The translations under genes were made by a program, and so were the position numbers. This document shows positions 20,546 through 30,493 of a DNA stretch of 64,000 nt, piece by piece (the first letter of the stretch is position 1; every line of letters starts with the position of its first letter). The notes beneath the pieces are model-generated. The model did no database searches, was not told the DNA's origin, and saw only the letters and a program-made list of their open reading frames with translations. The DNA is from Candidatus Eiseniibacteriota bacterium (GTDB lineage: Bacteria; Eisenbacteria; RBG-16-71-46; CAVPCR01), in the NCBI GenBank assembly GCA_963702435.1, contig CAVPCR010000002.1, positions 320,001 through 384,000 of the forward strand, given 5' to 3'.

Positions 20546-20745
20546 GCCTCCTCCCTCGTTCCAGGGCATCTCACGTTGCGTCCATTCAATCGAGGCGAGA
20601 GCCCGCCGGCGCTTGGAATGCGGCGGCCGGGCCGACACGGCGGCGGCGCGCTCGAGCGCGCCGCCGCCCAAGGAAGGTTCCCGGAGGTCGGGCGCCGGAT
20701 CCACGCCGGCGCCCGACCTCGGTCCTGCTCCGTACTCCGGCAGGT

Positions 20746-23700
20746 CTACTTGAGGAGGATCATCTTCCGCGTCGCCGTCGTCCCCGCCGCATCCAGCGTG
20801 TACAGGTAGACGCCCGCCGCGACCGCCCCGCCCATGTCATCGCGACCGTTCCACTCCGCCGAGTGCGTGCCCGCCGCGACCGAGCCGTGGACGAGCGACC
20901 GCACACGCCGTCCGGCCAGGTCGAAGATGGAGAGATCGACCGGACCGGCGGTGAGGAGCGTGAAGCGAATCTGCGTCGCGGGATTGAACGGGTTCGGATG
21001 ATTCTGGGCGAGGACCACCGGGCCCAGCCCCGGCGCGCCGAGCGGGGAGCCGGCCACCGTGACCGGGACGAGGCCCTCGTTCAGGCTCGGCGACTCGATC
21101 GTCACCGCGCCGCCCGCCGCCTCCGCCGCGAAGCGGATGCGGGCGATCTCCGTGCGCCCCGAGACCGGCCGGGCCAGCGCCGTCGCCAGCTCGATCCGAC
21201 CCTCCCCGATCCGGCTCGCGACGTGCATGTCAGCGCCCGTCCCCTCGACCGCGATCACGCGCGCAAAGGCGGGATCGAAGGCGAGGAGCAGCTCGACGCC
21301 GAGCACGCCGCCGCCGTCGTCGAGGACGACGACCGCCTCGGTCGGCGAGAGCCACTCGAGCGCGATCAGGCGCGGAGCGTGCGGCTGGCTGACAGGCGTA
21401 TGCCGCCCGCCGGGATCGCAGCTCAGGCCGTCTTCCTCCGCCGGGAAGTGATCGATGATCCCGAGCACGTACTGGAGCATGAGCGCCGCATCGTAGGCCC
21501 GGATCTCGAAGTTCCCGGAGACGTCCGCCACCTCGACGGTGAACTCCGGGTACTCCGGATCAGGTAGATGGATCAGCCCCACCACCTCCTGCAGGACCAG
21601 GGTCGCGTCGATGCTCGACACCTGGCCCGAGCCGTTGACATCGCCGAGGATGCCCTTGACGACCTGGCCGTCTTGCCCCTCCGCCGCGGGCTTGCCCTCG
21701 TTGAAGAGGATGTCGAGCTCGAGGTACGAACGGTTCTCGCTGCGACGCGTCATCTGGAAGAGCACGTTGACGAGCTCGCCGCAGGCGCCGATCGGCCGCG
21801 GCCATGAGATCGCGACGCGCAGGAGATCCTCGTTCTCGTTGCGATGCACGACCGTCCACTCGCTCGTCGCGCCCTCGCCGATCGTGTCGAGGAAGGAGAG
21901 CGCCTGGACGGTGAGCACCTTCGGGTTGTAACGGAGCTCGAACTCGGTCGAGACGATGCCGAGTCCGGTCACGTCGTCGAGGATGAACACGGGAATGGAC
22001 ACGTCGGCCCCCGCCGGGGCGAAGGTGCTCGGCGGCACTGCCACACGGATCGCACCCGTCGGCGGAGTCGTGATCGTCGCATCCGTGGTGCAGGTCGACG
22101 CGGCTCCCCCGTTGTCGGTCACGGTGAGAGTCACCTCGTAGCTGCCGGCTGCGGTGTAGGTGTGGCTCGGAGTCGGACCGCTCCCGGTCGTCCCGTCGCC
22201 GAAGTTCCACGCGTAGGACGCGATCGTGCCGTCCGGATCGATCGAGTCACGTCCGTCGAAATCCACGGCCTCGTCCACCCGCCCTGCGTACGGACCGCCC
22301 GTGTCGCAGGCCGGCGGCAGGTTGGCCCCACCCGTGATCGATGCCGCAGCCGAGCAGGTCGAGGTCGCGCCGAGGTTGTCGGTCACCGTGAGCGAGACCG
22401 TGTAGGCACCCGCTGCGGTGTACGTGTGGCTCGGAGTCGGACCGCTCCCGCTCGACCCGTCACCGAAGTTCCAGGTGTAGGAGGCGATCGTACCGTCCGG
22501 ATCGTTCGAGCCCGTCCCGTCGAAGGCCACGGCCACGTCGACCGTCCCCGTGTACGGGCCGCCCGCATCGCAGGCCGGCGGCAGGTTGCCGGCTTCCGCG
22601 ATCGATGCCGCAGCCGAGCAGGTCGAGGTCGCGCCGAGGTTGTCGGTCACCGTGAGCGAGACCGTGTAGCTGCCCACCGCCGTATACGTGTGGCTCGGCG
22701 TCGGACCGCTCCCGCTCGACCCGTCACCGAAGTTCCAGGCGTAGGAGGCGATCGTGCCGTCCGGATCGCTCGAGCCCGTCCCGTCGAAGGCCACGGCCAC
22801 GTTGACCGTCCCCGTGTACGGGCCGCCCGCAGCGCAGGTCGGCGGCAGGTTCTGGCCCTGCTCGACGATCGAGAAGCTCGCGTCCGACAGGTCCGTGGCC
22901 AGCGCGTTCGCGGCGTCGGAGATGCGGACGATGCCCTGGGTCGTGGCGCTCGCGGGCACGGTCCAGTCGTAGCTGCCGTCGTTCGGCGTCGTCGCCTCGA
23001 TGTCGGTGTAGCTGAACCCGCCGTCTATCGACAGCTCGATGCGCGCGTTCGCGATCTCGGTCCCGAAGCGATCCCAGGTGATGGACTCGACGGTCCCGAT
23101 GACGAACGCCTCGCCGCCGTTGGGCCGCGTGACGCGCACGCCGTTGATCGTGAAGTTGGCATCCGAAACATCGGACGGGTTGCCGTCCGCCGAGTCCTTG
23201 ACCCGGATGCGCGCCGTGGCCGTCGGCCGGTTCGGCACCGTCCAGTCGAAGCTCCCGTCGTTCGCCTCGCTGACACCGATCGCCTCGAAGGAGGTGCCGC
23301 CATCGGTCGAGAGCTCGATGTCGACGAAGGGGATATCGCCCTCGGAGGTCCAGGCGACCTGGGTGACCTCGCCGGGAGCGAACTCCTCACCGCCGTTCGG
23401 CGCCGTCACCGTGATCACGTCCCCGGTCTGCTCGGTGATGGATGCCGTGCTCGTGCACTCCGAGGAGGCGCCGTTGTTGTCGGTCACGATGAGGGTGACC
23501 GTGAAAACGCCGGTCGTCGTGTAGGTGTGCGACGGGGCGACCCCGGTCGCCGAGCCGCCGTCGCCGAAGGTCCAGGCGTACGAATCGATCGTGCCGTCGG
23601 GATCGTTCGAGCCGGCGCCGTCGAAGGTGACGCTCGTTCCGACGAACCCGACGTAAGGACCGCCGGCGGCGCAGACCGGTGGCTGGTTCTCGACGCTGCC

Positions 23701-24165
23701 GACGCCCCGGAGCTGCACCTCCTTGACCGGAGTGAGCGGATCGTCGCTCGTGACGGCCATGACACCGTTCAGCTGCCCGGTCTGGGAAGGCGAGAAGCGC
23801 ACCTGGATCAGCAAGGGCTGGCCCACCGTCACGCTGGCCGGAAAGGCCGGCAGGCCGATCAGTTCGAAGAACCCGGAGCCGACCGTGAGCTCGATGTTCT
23901 GCAGCTCGATCGAGCAGCCGGCGTCTCCTTCGTTGTCGGAGATCACGACATCGAGCAGCGCCGTCTGCCCGACGGGAACGCTGCCGAAATCCACCGGATC
24001 CGGGCTGACCCCGATCACCGGAGTGCATGACTGCGGGATCAGCGGCTTGGGATCCGGGAACGACCCCCCTTCGGAGCTGGTCTGGGCGCCGGCCCCCGCG
24101 GGGACCAGGAACCCGACCAGCGCCATCGCCAGAAGGGCCAACAGCATCTTTCTTGCCGACTGCAT
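20746..24165 (-). CDS. Secreted multidomain surface protein: ASH/choice-of-anchor-D-like Ig, 4 PKD, 2 PNGGE Ig-like, cohesin-like, dockerin, FlgD-Ig/T9SS-like CTD
   Basis: Signal peptide; FDGxGSxDPDGTIxSYxWxFGDG x4; dockerin GDVNGSGQVSSIDA/ADVSGNFEIRAYDA; C-terminus QNHPNPFNPAT...RKMILLK. Confidence 0.88.
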   Translation of the reverse strand: MQSARKMLLALLAMALVGFLVPAGAGAQTSSEGGSFPDPKPLIPQSCTPVIGVSPDPVDFGSVPVGQTALLDVVISDNEGDAGCSIELQNIELTVGSGFFELIGLPAFPASVTVGQPLLIQVRFSPSQTGQLNGVMAVTSDDPLTPVKEVQLRGVGSVENQPPVCAAGGPYVGFVGTSVTFDGAGSNDPDGTIDSYAWTFGDGGSATGVAPSHTYTTTGVFTVTLIVTDNNGASSECTSTASITEQTGDVITVTAPNGGEEFAPGEVTQVAWTSEGDIPFVDIELSTDGGTSFEAIGVSEANDGSFDWTVPNRPTATARIRVKDSADGNPSDVSDANFTINGVRVTRPNGGEAFVIGTVESITWDRFGTEIANARIELSIDGGFSYTDIEATTPNDGSYDWTVPASATTQGIVRISDAANALATDLSDASFSIVEQGQNLPPTCAAGGPYTGTVNVAVAFDGTGSSDPDGTIASYAWNFGDGSSGSGPTPSHTYTAVGSYTVSLTVTDNLGATSTCSAAASIAEAGNLPPACDAGGPYTGTVDVAVAFDGTGSNDPDGTIASYTWNFGDGSSGSGPTPSHTYTAAGAYTVSLTVTDNLGATSTCSAAASITGGANLPPACDTGGPYAGRVDEAVDFDGRDSIDPDGTIASYAWNFGDGTTGSGPTPSHTYTAAGSYEVTLTVTDNGGAASTCTTDATITTPPTGAIRVAVPPSTFAPAGADVSIPVFILDDVTGLGIVSTEFELRYNPKVLTVQALSFLDTIGEGATSEWTVVHRNENEDLLRVAISWPRPIGACGELVNVLFQMTRRSENRSYLELDILFNEGKPAAEGQDGQVVKGILGDVNGSGQVSSIDATLVLQEVVGLIHLPDPEYPEFTVEVADVSGNFEIRAYDAALMLQYVLGIIDHFPAEEDGLSCDPGGRHTPVSQPHAPRLIALEWLSPTEAVVVLDDGGGVLGVELLLAFDPAFARVIAVEGTGADMHVASRIGEGRIELATALARPVSGRTEIARIRFAAEAAGGAVTIESPSLNEGLVPVTVAGSPLGAPGLGPVVLAQNHPNPFNPATQIRFTLLTAGPVDLSIFDLAGRRVRSLVHGSVAAGTHSAEWNGRDDMGGAVAAGVYLYTLDAAGTTATRKMILLK
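22080..22855. repeat. Three tandem intragenic 264-bp PKD-coding repeats
   Basis: GTTGTCGGTCAC recurs at 22111, 22375 and 22639 with near-identical flanks. Confidence 0.9.
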
Positions 24166-24394
24166 GGAAACCTTCCTCCTCTCGAGCGTGTATGCACGGC
24201 ACTCGTGGTGCCTCGAGGCCGCCTCTCGAGCGGCGACCCCTCCTGTTGCCAAGCGTGACGGACACGCCCGCCACCATCGCCTGTCGCCCCACGGCCGCGC
24301 CGCCTCCTCGCGGCGACTCGGCCCCATGGCGCTGCCGCGCGCAACCGGGCGGATCCCCGCGGGATCCGTCCGGCTGCGCGCCACCTGCTCTCTA

Positions 24395-26911
24395 TCACCT
24401 GCTCTGACCACCCCGCCCCTTCAACTCGTCCACGTAAGCCCTGAGCGGCGGATTGACCGGCCGCTGGGCGAGCGCTCGCCCATAGAAGCGCAGCGCTGCT
24501 GCCGTGTCCCCGCGCGCGAGAGCGACATGGCCCAGGTTCTGCCAGGCCTCCGCCATCTCGGGCCGCCCGGCGAGGGCCGCGCGGTAGCGCTGCTCGGCCT
24601 CGCCCAGCTCACCCGACGCATACGCCACGTTGCCGAGGCCGAGCTCGACCTCGGGACTGCCCGGGCCGGCGGCAGCCGCCGCAGCGTACCAGGCCCGCGC
24701 CCCGGCGAGGTCGCCGGCAGCCATGGCCATGTCCCCGCATAGTCGCGCGGCCCCGGCCCGCACCGCGGGATCGAGACCCCGGTCTCGCGCGAGAACCTCG
24801 AGCCGGCCCGCCGGATCCGCGCCCGCCGGCCCGAGCCTCGCGATCTCATCGAGCGCCTGGCCCGCCGCTTCACGGTTCGCGCCGCGCGCCGCCCGTTCGA
24901 ACTCGACGAGCGCCCCGCGCGCATCGCCGCGCTCGCGCAGCCAGCGGCCGCGTTCGAGCGCGAGCGCCGGATCGCCCGGCGAAAGGCTGTCCCCGGCGGC
25001 GAGCGCGGCCGCGACCGCCGCCCGGTCTCCCTCCTCGCGCAGGAACGCCACCCGCCGCGCCCGCGCGCGCCCGAGATACGGATTCAGCGCGAGCGCCCGA
25101 TCGAGGAGCGCCTCCACCGAGTCCGCACCCACCGCTGCGCCGGCCACGCGCGCCTCATCGAGCGCGGTCGCCGCGCGAAACCAGCGCGCTGCGATCTGCG
25201 GCTCGCTCCGCGCGGCCCGGGCGAAGCGCTCCGCCGACCTGGCGAGGGCGGCGCCCCGCTCCTCCGCGCTCGTCGCGAGACGCGCCTCGTGCCGCGCCAC
25301 CTCTCCCGCGGCCACCCAGTCGCGCGCCTGATCGGGCGCGAGCCGCCGCGCCCGCTCGAGCCACCGCTCGCTGCCGGCGAGATCGCCGCTCGCGAGCACG
25401 GCGTACGCGCGCCGATGGGCGCGTTCCGCCGCGGCGACCGAGACGGCCGCAGCGATCCCGAGAACGAGGATCGCGCTCAGCCCGAGACGCAAGGCGAGCG
25501 CCGATCCGGCGCCGCGCCCGGCTCCCGCGACCGGAGGTGCCACTCGCTCCCCCGCCGCGAGCCCCAGGAACACCGCACCGATGAGCGCGGTCGGCGCCTC
25601 GTGCAGCGGGAAGTCGACCAGGGCATGAACCCCGAGGGCCACGCCGCCGGCCACGATCCCCGCCTCGACCAGCGCGTCCTCTGCGGCTCTCGCCTTCGCC
25701 CGCGCCGACCCGCCGGCCGGACCGCTCCCGCCGCGCGGATCGATGGCGCGAAAGGCGCGCCGCGCGGCGAGCGCGAGCCACACGACGATCAGCACGAGCC
25801 CGAGGAGCCCGAGTTCGGCGGCCGTCTCGAGCGGGTCGCTGTGCGCGTGCACCGCCGTCTCGCCCGTCTCGGCCTCGAGCCGCTGCATGAGCGGCGGCCG
25901 CACCGTGTAGAAGGCCAGACGAAAGCTCCCCGGCCCGAAACCGCCGAGCGGACGCTCGCTCACCAGATCGAGGGCCGCCCGCGCCACGAGCGTGCGACGC
26001 TCGAAGCTCGTGAGCGCCGTCGCCGCCCATGACGTTGCCCCTGCTGCGGGCACCTCCAGCTCGGAACGCTCCGCCGGCGCCCGCTCGATGCGGTCGCCTG
26101 CGGGGGCGCCCGTCGCGAGGAGCCCGGAGCGCTCGGGCGTGCCCAATCGGGCGACGACCGAGCCGGCGCAGGCCACGGTCACCGCGAGCGCCACGAGCAC
26201 CAGGATCCAGGCTCCGCGCCGATCGCGCCGCCACGCGGCGGCGATCTGGAGGGATCCCCCGCGCACGAGCCAGGGCCCCATGGCGATGAGCGCCACGGCT
26301 AGCGCGAGCCAGGCGCCGCGCGATTCACTCAACAGGAAACAGGCAAGACCGAGGAGCGCAGCCGCTCCCCAGCCCGCTTTGCGCCACCGCGTCGTTCCCA
26401 GCGCCAGGGCCGTCGCGACCGGCAGCCAGGCGGCGAGGTAGGCGCCCATCAGGTTGTGCGTCCCGAGCGGCCGCGTCGGTCGGCTCGGGCGCCAGATCGA
26501 TGAATCGAGAAATGGATGCACGCCGGCCCGTTGCGCGATGCCCCAGGCGGCGACGATCGCCATGGCGATGAGCCCGGCCCGGATCACGGTGCGCCGGCCC
26601 CCGCCGATCATCCCCGACGCGAGGATCACGATGACGATCCCGAGCGCGGTCAGGTCGAGCACCGCGGAGAGGGCCGCCGGCGGATCGAGCGTCGACGGAC
26701 TGCGCGCCAGGACGTAGACCCACAGGGCGGCAAGCGGCAGCACCACGCTCCACGGCCGCCCTGCCAGCAGCACCTCCGCGAGCCGGCGATCGGTCAGAGC
26801 CACGAGACCGAGGCCCAGCGACAGCACCAGGAATCCGGCCCGGAAGTCCGCACCGAAGGCATTGACCGCGAGCGGCGCACCGCCGACCAGGAGGCAGAGG
26901 CCCCCGATCAT
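24395..26911 (-). CDS. O-antigen ligase family membrane protein with C-terminal TPR repeats
   Basis: PLGTHNLMGAYL, LSESRGAWLA, PLGGFGPGSF, HAHSDPLETAAELGLLG, HALVDFPLH; TPR-like LGNVAY and AWQNLG. Start uncertain. Confidence 0.85.
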   Translation of the reverse strand: MIGGLCLLVGGAPLAVNAFGADFRAGFLVLSLGLGLVALTDRRLAEVLLAGRPWSVVLPLAALWVYVLARSPSTLDPPAALSAVLDLTALGIVIVILASGMIGGGRRTVIRAGLIAMAIVAAWGIAQRAGVHPFLDSSIWRPSRPTRPLGTHNLMGAYLAAWLPVATALALGTTRWRKAGWGAAALLGLACFLLSESRGAWLALAVALIAMGPWLVRGGSLQIAAAWRRDRRGAWILVLVALAVTVACAGSVVARLGTPERSGLLATGAPAGDRIERAPAERSELEVPAAGATSWAATALTSFERRTLVARAALDLVSERPLGGFGPGSFRLAFYTVRPPLMQRLEAETGETAVHAHSDPLETAAELGLLGLVLIVVWLALAARRAFRAIDPRGGSGPAGGSARAKARAAEDALVEAGIVAGGVALGVHALVDFPLHEAPTALIGAVFLGLAAGERVAPPVAGAGRGAGSALALRLGLSAILVLGIAAAVSVAAAERAHRRAYAVLASGDLAGSERWLERARRLAPDQARDWVAAGEVARHEARLATSAEERGAALARSAERFARAARSEPQIAARWFRAATALDEARVAGAAVGADSVEALLDRALALNPYLGRARARRVAFLREEGDRAAVAAALAAGDSLSPGDPALALERGRWLRERGDARGALVEFERAARGANREAAGQALDEIARLGPAGADPAGRLEVLARDRGLDPAVRAGAARLCGDMAMAAGDLAGARAWYAAAAAAGPGSPEVELGLGNVAYASGELGEAEQRYRAALAGRPEMAEAWQNLGHVALARGDTAAALRFYGRALAQRPVNPPLRAYVDELKGRGGQSR

Positions 26912-27215
26912 CCACGGGAGGCGACCGGGGCCGGCGCGAACGCTGTCGACGGCGGACCTCCGTCACGGATCCCCGGCCTCGCGGGAGGCCGGCGCCGGAC
27001 CCTGCGGCCCGGGCCCTTGAGACTCGAGGCGAAGCAAAGGGACACGGCTCGTGGGCCGGCCCGCCGGGGGCACTCGAGCCCCCTTACGAGGGGGCCGCCC
27101 GACCCTCCGGCGACGTGTTAAAGTACCATTTTTGAGCCGGTTTGGCAATTCGTTTCGCGCTGCACGGCATGCTCGAGCCGGGTGCGGCATCCGGTTCTCG
27201 AGAGGAGGCGATCCT

Positions 27216-27548
27216 GTGAACGATGAGCGCTGGCACGAGATGACCGAGCGCATTCGCGACACGTTCAAGGTCACCCGCGACATCGAGCACCCTCTCGAAC
27301 CCGGCCCCGGCCGGGTCGAGGAGATCGAGTTCGAGGGCCCCGGCGGGCGCATGCGCCTTGAACGCGTGTCGCGGCCCGTGGTCCTCGAGCGCCGCGCCCA
27401 CTTCTCCAAGCGGGCGAGCGCGGGCGCCTCCGAGGAGTTCGTCTATTCGGACTCGGAGATGTCCCACCGCGTCACCTTCTATCGCTGGGTGGATGACGCA
27501 TGGCAGGAGGAGGACTTCCGGAGCATGATGCCGGGCGGGCGGCGTTGA
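27216..27548 (+). CDS. Small hypothetical protein (110 aa)
   Basis: AGGAGG RBS and GTG start; globular-looking sequence MNDERWHEM...EFEGPGGRMRLERVSRPVVLE...YSDSEMSH. Confidence 0.8.
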   Translation: MNDERWHEMTERIRDTFKVTRDIEHPLEPGPGRVEEIEFEGPGGRMRLERVSRPVVLERRAHFSKRASAGASEEFVYSDSEMSHRVTFYRWVDDAWQEEDFRSMMPGGRR

Positions 27549-27567
27549 TCCGCAGCCGCTCGCAGCG

Positions 27568-28698
27568 CTAGCGCGCCGCGCCGGAGGCCCGGCCTCGAGT
27601 CGTGTCCCCGACCGCGCAGCCCAGTCCGAAGGCCCCGATGCGGCCGCACCCGGGCACAGCCAGGCAGGGCGAGTCGGGACGCAGGCCGAAGCGACCGCCG
27701 GCCGGATCGCAGAAGAAGGGGTCCACGCTCAGATTGCCCGGGTACACGGCGCAGCCCGGGGCGAAGTCGCCGGCCGCATGCCCCCACACGTCATTGCAGC
27801 GGAAGTCCTGCCACTCCTGCGCCTGCGCCTCGCAGCTCACGCCGGGGCCGGCGTTCTCGGCGATGATGTTGCGTTCCACGCGCGGCGCCGCGTAGTTGGC
27901 GAGCAGGAGCCCCCCGGCTACACCCGACGAGTCGCTGTTCGCCCATACCACGTTCTCCTCGATGCGCGGCTGGCCGCGATCCACGCTCAGTCCGCCGCCG
28001 CCCTCGCCGGCCTCGTTCCTGGCGATCACGTTCATGATGATCGCCGGCTCCGAGCCGTGGGTGACGGCGATCCCGCCGCCCTGCCGGCGCGCACGATTGC
28101 GTTCGATCACGTTGGCGCCGATCACCGGAGAGGAGCCCCAGCCGCTGCGCTTGCCGACATAGATGCCGCCGCCGAGAGCGGCCTCGTTCTCGGTGATCAC
28201 CGAGTTGGCGATGACCGGATTCGAGCCGTCGAGGCAGGCGATGCCCCCACCGCGGGCGTCGGCCCCCAGCGCTCGATTGCCGACCACGCGATTCAGGTTG
28301 AGTCGCGGGCTCGCACCGCGCTCGCAGCGAATGCCGGCGCCGTCTCCCTCCACCGCCGTGAGCACGCCGCCGGTGATCGTGAACCCCTCGAGCAGGGTCA
28401 ACGCGGTCACCTGCGTGAAGAGGACGACCGGCCCCGATCCGCCGCCGTCGAGGATCGTCGAATCGCGGCCCGCCACCGCGATCAGCGCGACGCGATCGGG
28501 CACGCGCAGGAGACCGACATGGCGTCCGGGACCGACGAGAAGCGTATCTCCCGGGGACACGACAGCCAGCGAATCGGCGAGCGCTCCCGGACCGGCGGCG
28601 GTCACGTGGAGGCGGCGTGCGAGGATCGGCTCGGGTGCGAGGGCGACCAGGGCGGCCGCGACGGCGAGCACGAGCATCGAGATCGAGCGGATAGACAT
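27568..28698 (-). CDS. Secreted right-handed parallel beta-helix repeat protein
   Basis: Signal peptide; PGDTLLVGPG, LEGFTITGG, repeated GGGI-x-C/N-x-A units, GNLSVDPFFC...LRPDSPC. Confidence 0.85.
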   Translation of the reverse strand: MSIRSISMLVLAVAAALVALAPEPILARRLHVTAAGPGALADSLAVVSPGDTLLVGPGRHVGLLRVPDRVALIAVAGRDSTILDGGGSGPVVLFTQVTALTLLEGFTITGGVLTAVEGDGAGIRCERGASPRLNLNRVVGNRALGADARGGGIACLDGSNPVIANSVITENEAALGGGIYVGKRSGWGSSPVIGANVIERNRARRQGGGIAVTHGSEPAIIMNVIARNEAGEGGGGLSVDRGQPRIEENVVWANSDSSGVAGGLLLANYAAPRVERNIIAENAGPGVSCEAQAQEWQDFRCNDVWGHAAGDFAPGCAVYPGNLSVDPFFCDPAGGRFGLRPDSPCLAVPGCGRIGAFGLGCAVGDTTRGRASGAAR

Positions 28699-28866
28699 GG
28701 AACGGACTTCTCCTTGGCCGGCAGGTTGCGCGGGCCACCGCCTGCATTCTAATCGAACCCGGAACGGATCGAACCCCTTGCGTCCGGCGGGCTCCGCGCG
28801 CCACACTCCCGCCTCGTGCCCCGGGACCCCGATCGCCGTACGGCCAGGCCGCCCCGGAGAGACTTG

Positions 28867-29850
28867 ATGCGCTGCCTTCCGTTCCCGCTGCGCGCCCCCG
28901 CGCGACATCTCGCCCCCGCGCGACGTCTCGCCCCCGCGCGACGTCTCGCCCCCGCGCGACGTCTCGCCCTCGCGCGACCCCTCGCCCTCGCGGCCGTCCT
29001 CGCCCTCGGCACCGGCGCCCCCGGGCGCTCCGGCGCCCAGCTCGGGACCAACGACGGCGAACCGTTTCCCGTGGGGCGCGGCAACTTCCTCGCGACCGCA
29101 GCCGGTCCCACCGCCGGACTCAACCTCCCGGCCGCCGCGGCCTTTGTGCCGGACGACCGCTTTCTCATCGCCGCGGAGGCGGTGGACGATCGCCTCGCCG
29201 GGAGCGATATCCTGTGGCAGGTACGCCGATTTCTCCTCTCCTACCGCCACGTCGACCATCGCCCGCCAGATGCGCCCGACTACAACGAAGATCACTACGC
29301 CTTCGGCGTCGCCGGACAGACCGGCCGCTGGGTGATAGGCAGCGATGCCGCGTACTTCGTGAACGACGTGGCGGGCGCCGACGATGCCTTCACCTATGGC
29401 ATCTCCCTGGCCATCCAGGCCCATCCCCGGGTCTCGTTCGCCGTGCGCGGGATGCACCTGAGTCGTCCGTCCTACATCGAGGGCCACCTCGAGCGCGTGA
29501 TCGCTCCGGCCTTCGCCTTCCACGTCCTCGACCGCCGCCGCCTGACCCTCGCTGCCGATCTCTTCTTTCAGGAGGACGGGAGCGACGACTTCGCACTCCG
29601 CTATGGATTCGAGAGCGAGATCCGCCCCGGCTTCCACCTGGCCGGGACGATGACCAACGAGGGCGTGTTCTCGGCAAGCATCGCCCTCCAGCCCGGCAAG
29701 GAGATCTCGGGCTACGGCCTGAGCGGCGACCTGGACGGAGGCCCGCGCCATCACTTCATCCACGTCGGGCGCGAGGGTCATCCACCGCCGAAGGAGACCC
29801 AGAGACCGAGCGTGAAGAGGGGGCGCCCGCCGGACACGCCGGGGCGGTAG
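28867..29850 (+). CDS. Hypothetical exported protein, probable outer-membrane beta-barrel
   Basis: Arg-rich repeat N-terminus followed by a hydrophobic signal; alternating beta-strand-like pattern (FTYGISLAIQ, LTLAADLF, LRYGFESE). Confidence 0.6.
   Translation: MRCLPFPLRAPARHLAPARRLAPARRLAPARRLALARPLALAAVLALGTGAPGRSGAQLGTNDGEPFPVGRGNFLATAAGPTAGLNLPAAAAFVPDDRFLIAAEAVDDRLAGSDILWQVRRFLLSYRHVDHRPPDAPDYNEDHYAFGVAGQTGRWVIGSDAAYFVNDVAGADDAFTYGISLAIQAHPRVSFAVRGMHLSRPSYIEGHLERVIAPAFAFHVLDRRRLTLAADLFFQEDGSDDFALRYGFESEIRPGFHLAGTMTNEGVFSASIALQPGKEISGYGLSGDLDGGPRHHFIHVGREGHPPPKETQRPSVKRGRPPDTPGR
28893..28990. repeat. In-frame 18-bp tandem repeat (CGCCCCCGCGCGACGTCT), about 5 copies
   Basis: Visible directly; encodes LAPARR repeats. 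Confidence 0.9.
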
Positions 29851-30055
29851 AGCCGTCGCGCGACCTCAGCGCCGGAAGGAGAGGCGGCGCCCGGACGCAA
29901 GGGGCTCCCGGTGCCGCCAGCGGGGCGCGAAGCGGCGGGGCATCTGCTCGTGGGGGAGCTTCCGCCGGGGCCGCGTGACATGGCGGAGGACGAGGAGCAG
30001 GAGGAGCAGGAGGAGCGCGCGGCCGAGGCTCGTCATGGCGGACGGGGCGCCGCCG

Positions 30056-30475
30056 CTAGCGGCGGCGCTTGACCAGGCGAACGGTGGTGCCCTGGTCGAA
30101 GCTGTAGGCCACCTCGTCCATCATCTGCCGCATGATGAAGATGCCGCGGCCCCGCTCGCGCAGGAGATTCTCGGGGCTCGTCGGATCGGGCACGCGACCG
30201 ATGTCGAACCCGGCGCCCGGATCGTGCACGATGATCGTGAGCGCGTCGGCGCCGACCTCGAAGCGCAGGTGGATGCGGCCCGCTCCGTTCTTGCGGCAAC
30301 CGTGCTGGATGGCGTTGGTGCCGGCCTCGACGACCGAGATGGAGACGGCCGTCCGCGCATCCTCGTCGAACTGCATGAGCTCGTTCACGGCCTCGACGAC
30401 GTTGTCGACGAGATCGAGGAACTCGAGCTGGGCCGGGATGACCAGTTCGACGGCGCCGCCTTGGCGGTCAGACAT
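30056..30475 (-). CDS. Anti-sigma factor / serine kinase, RsbW-like
   Basis: SVVEAGTNAIQHG, HDPGAGFD, ERGRGIFIMRQMMDEV. Confidence 0.92.
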   Translation of the reverse strand: MSDRQGGAVELVIPAQLEFLDLVDNVVEAVNELMQFDEDARTAVSISVVEAGTNAIQHGCRKNGAGRIHLRFEVGADALTIIVHDPGAGFDIGRVPDPTSPENLLRERGRGIFIMRQMMDEVAYSFDQGTTVRLVKRRR

Positions 30476-30493
30476 AGTGGTGCTCGCTCGCTC

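Noticed and set aside
27141..27158. TGGCAATTCGTTTCGC as a sigma-54 promoter
   Set aside because: GG-to-GC spacing is 11 rather than the required 10.
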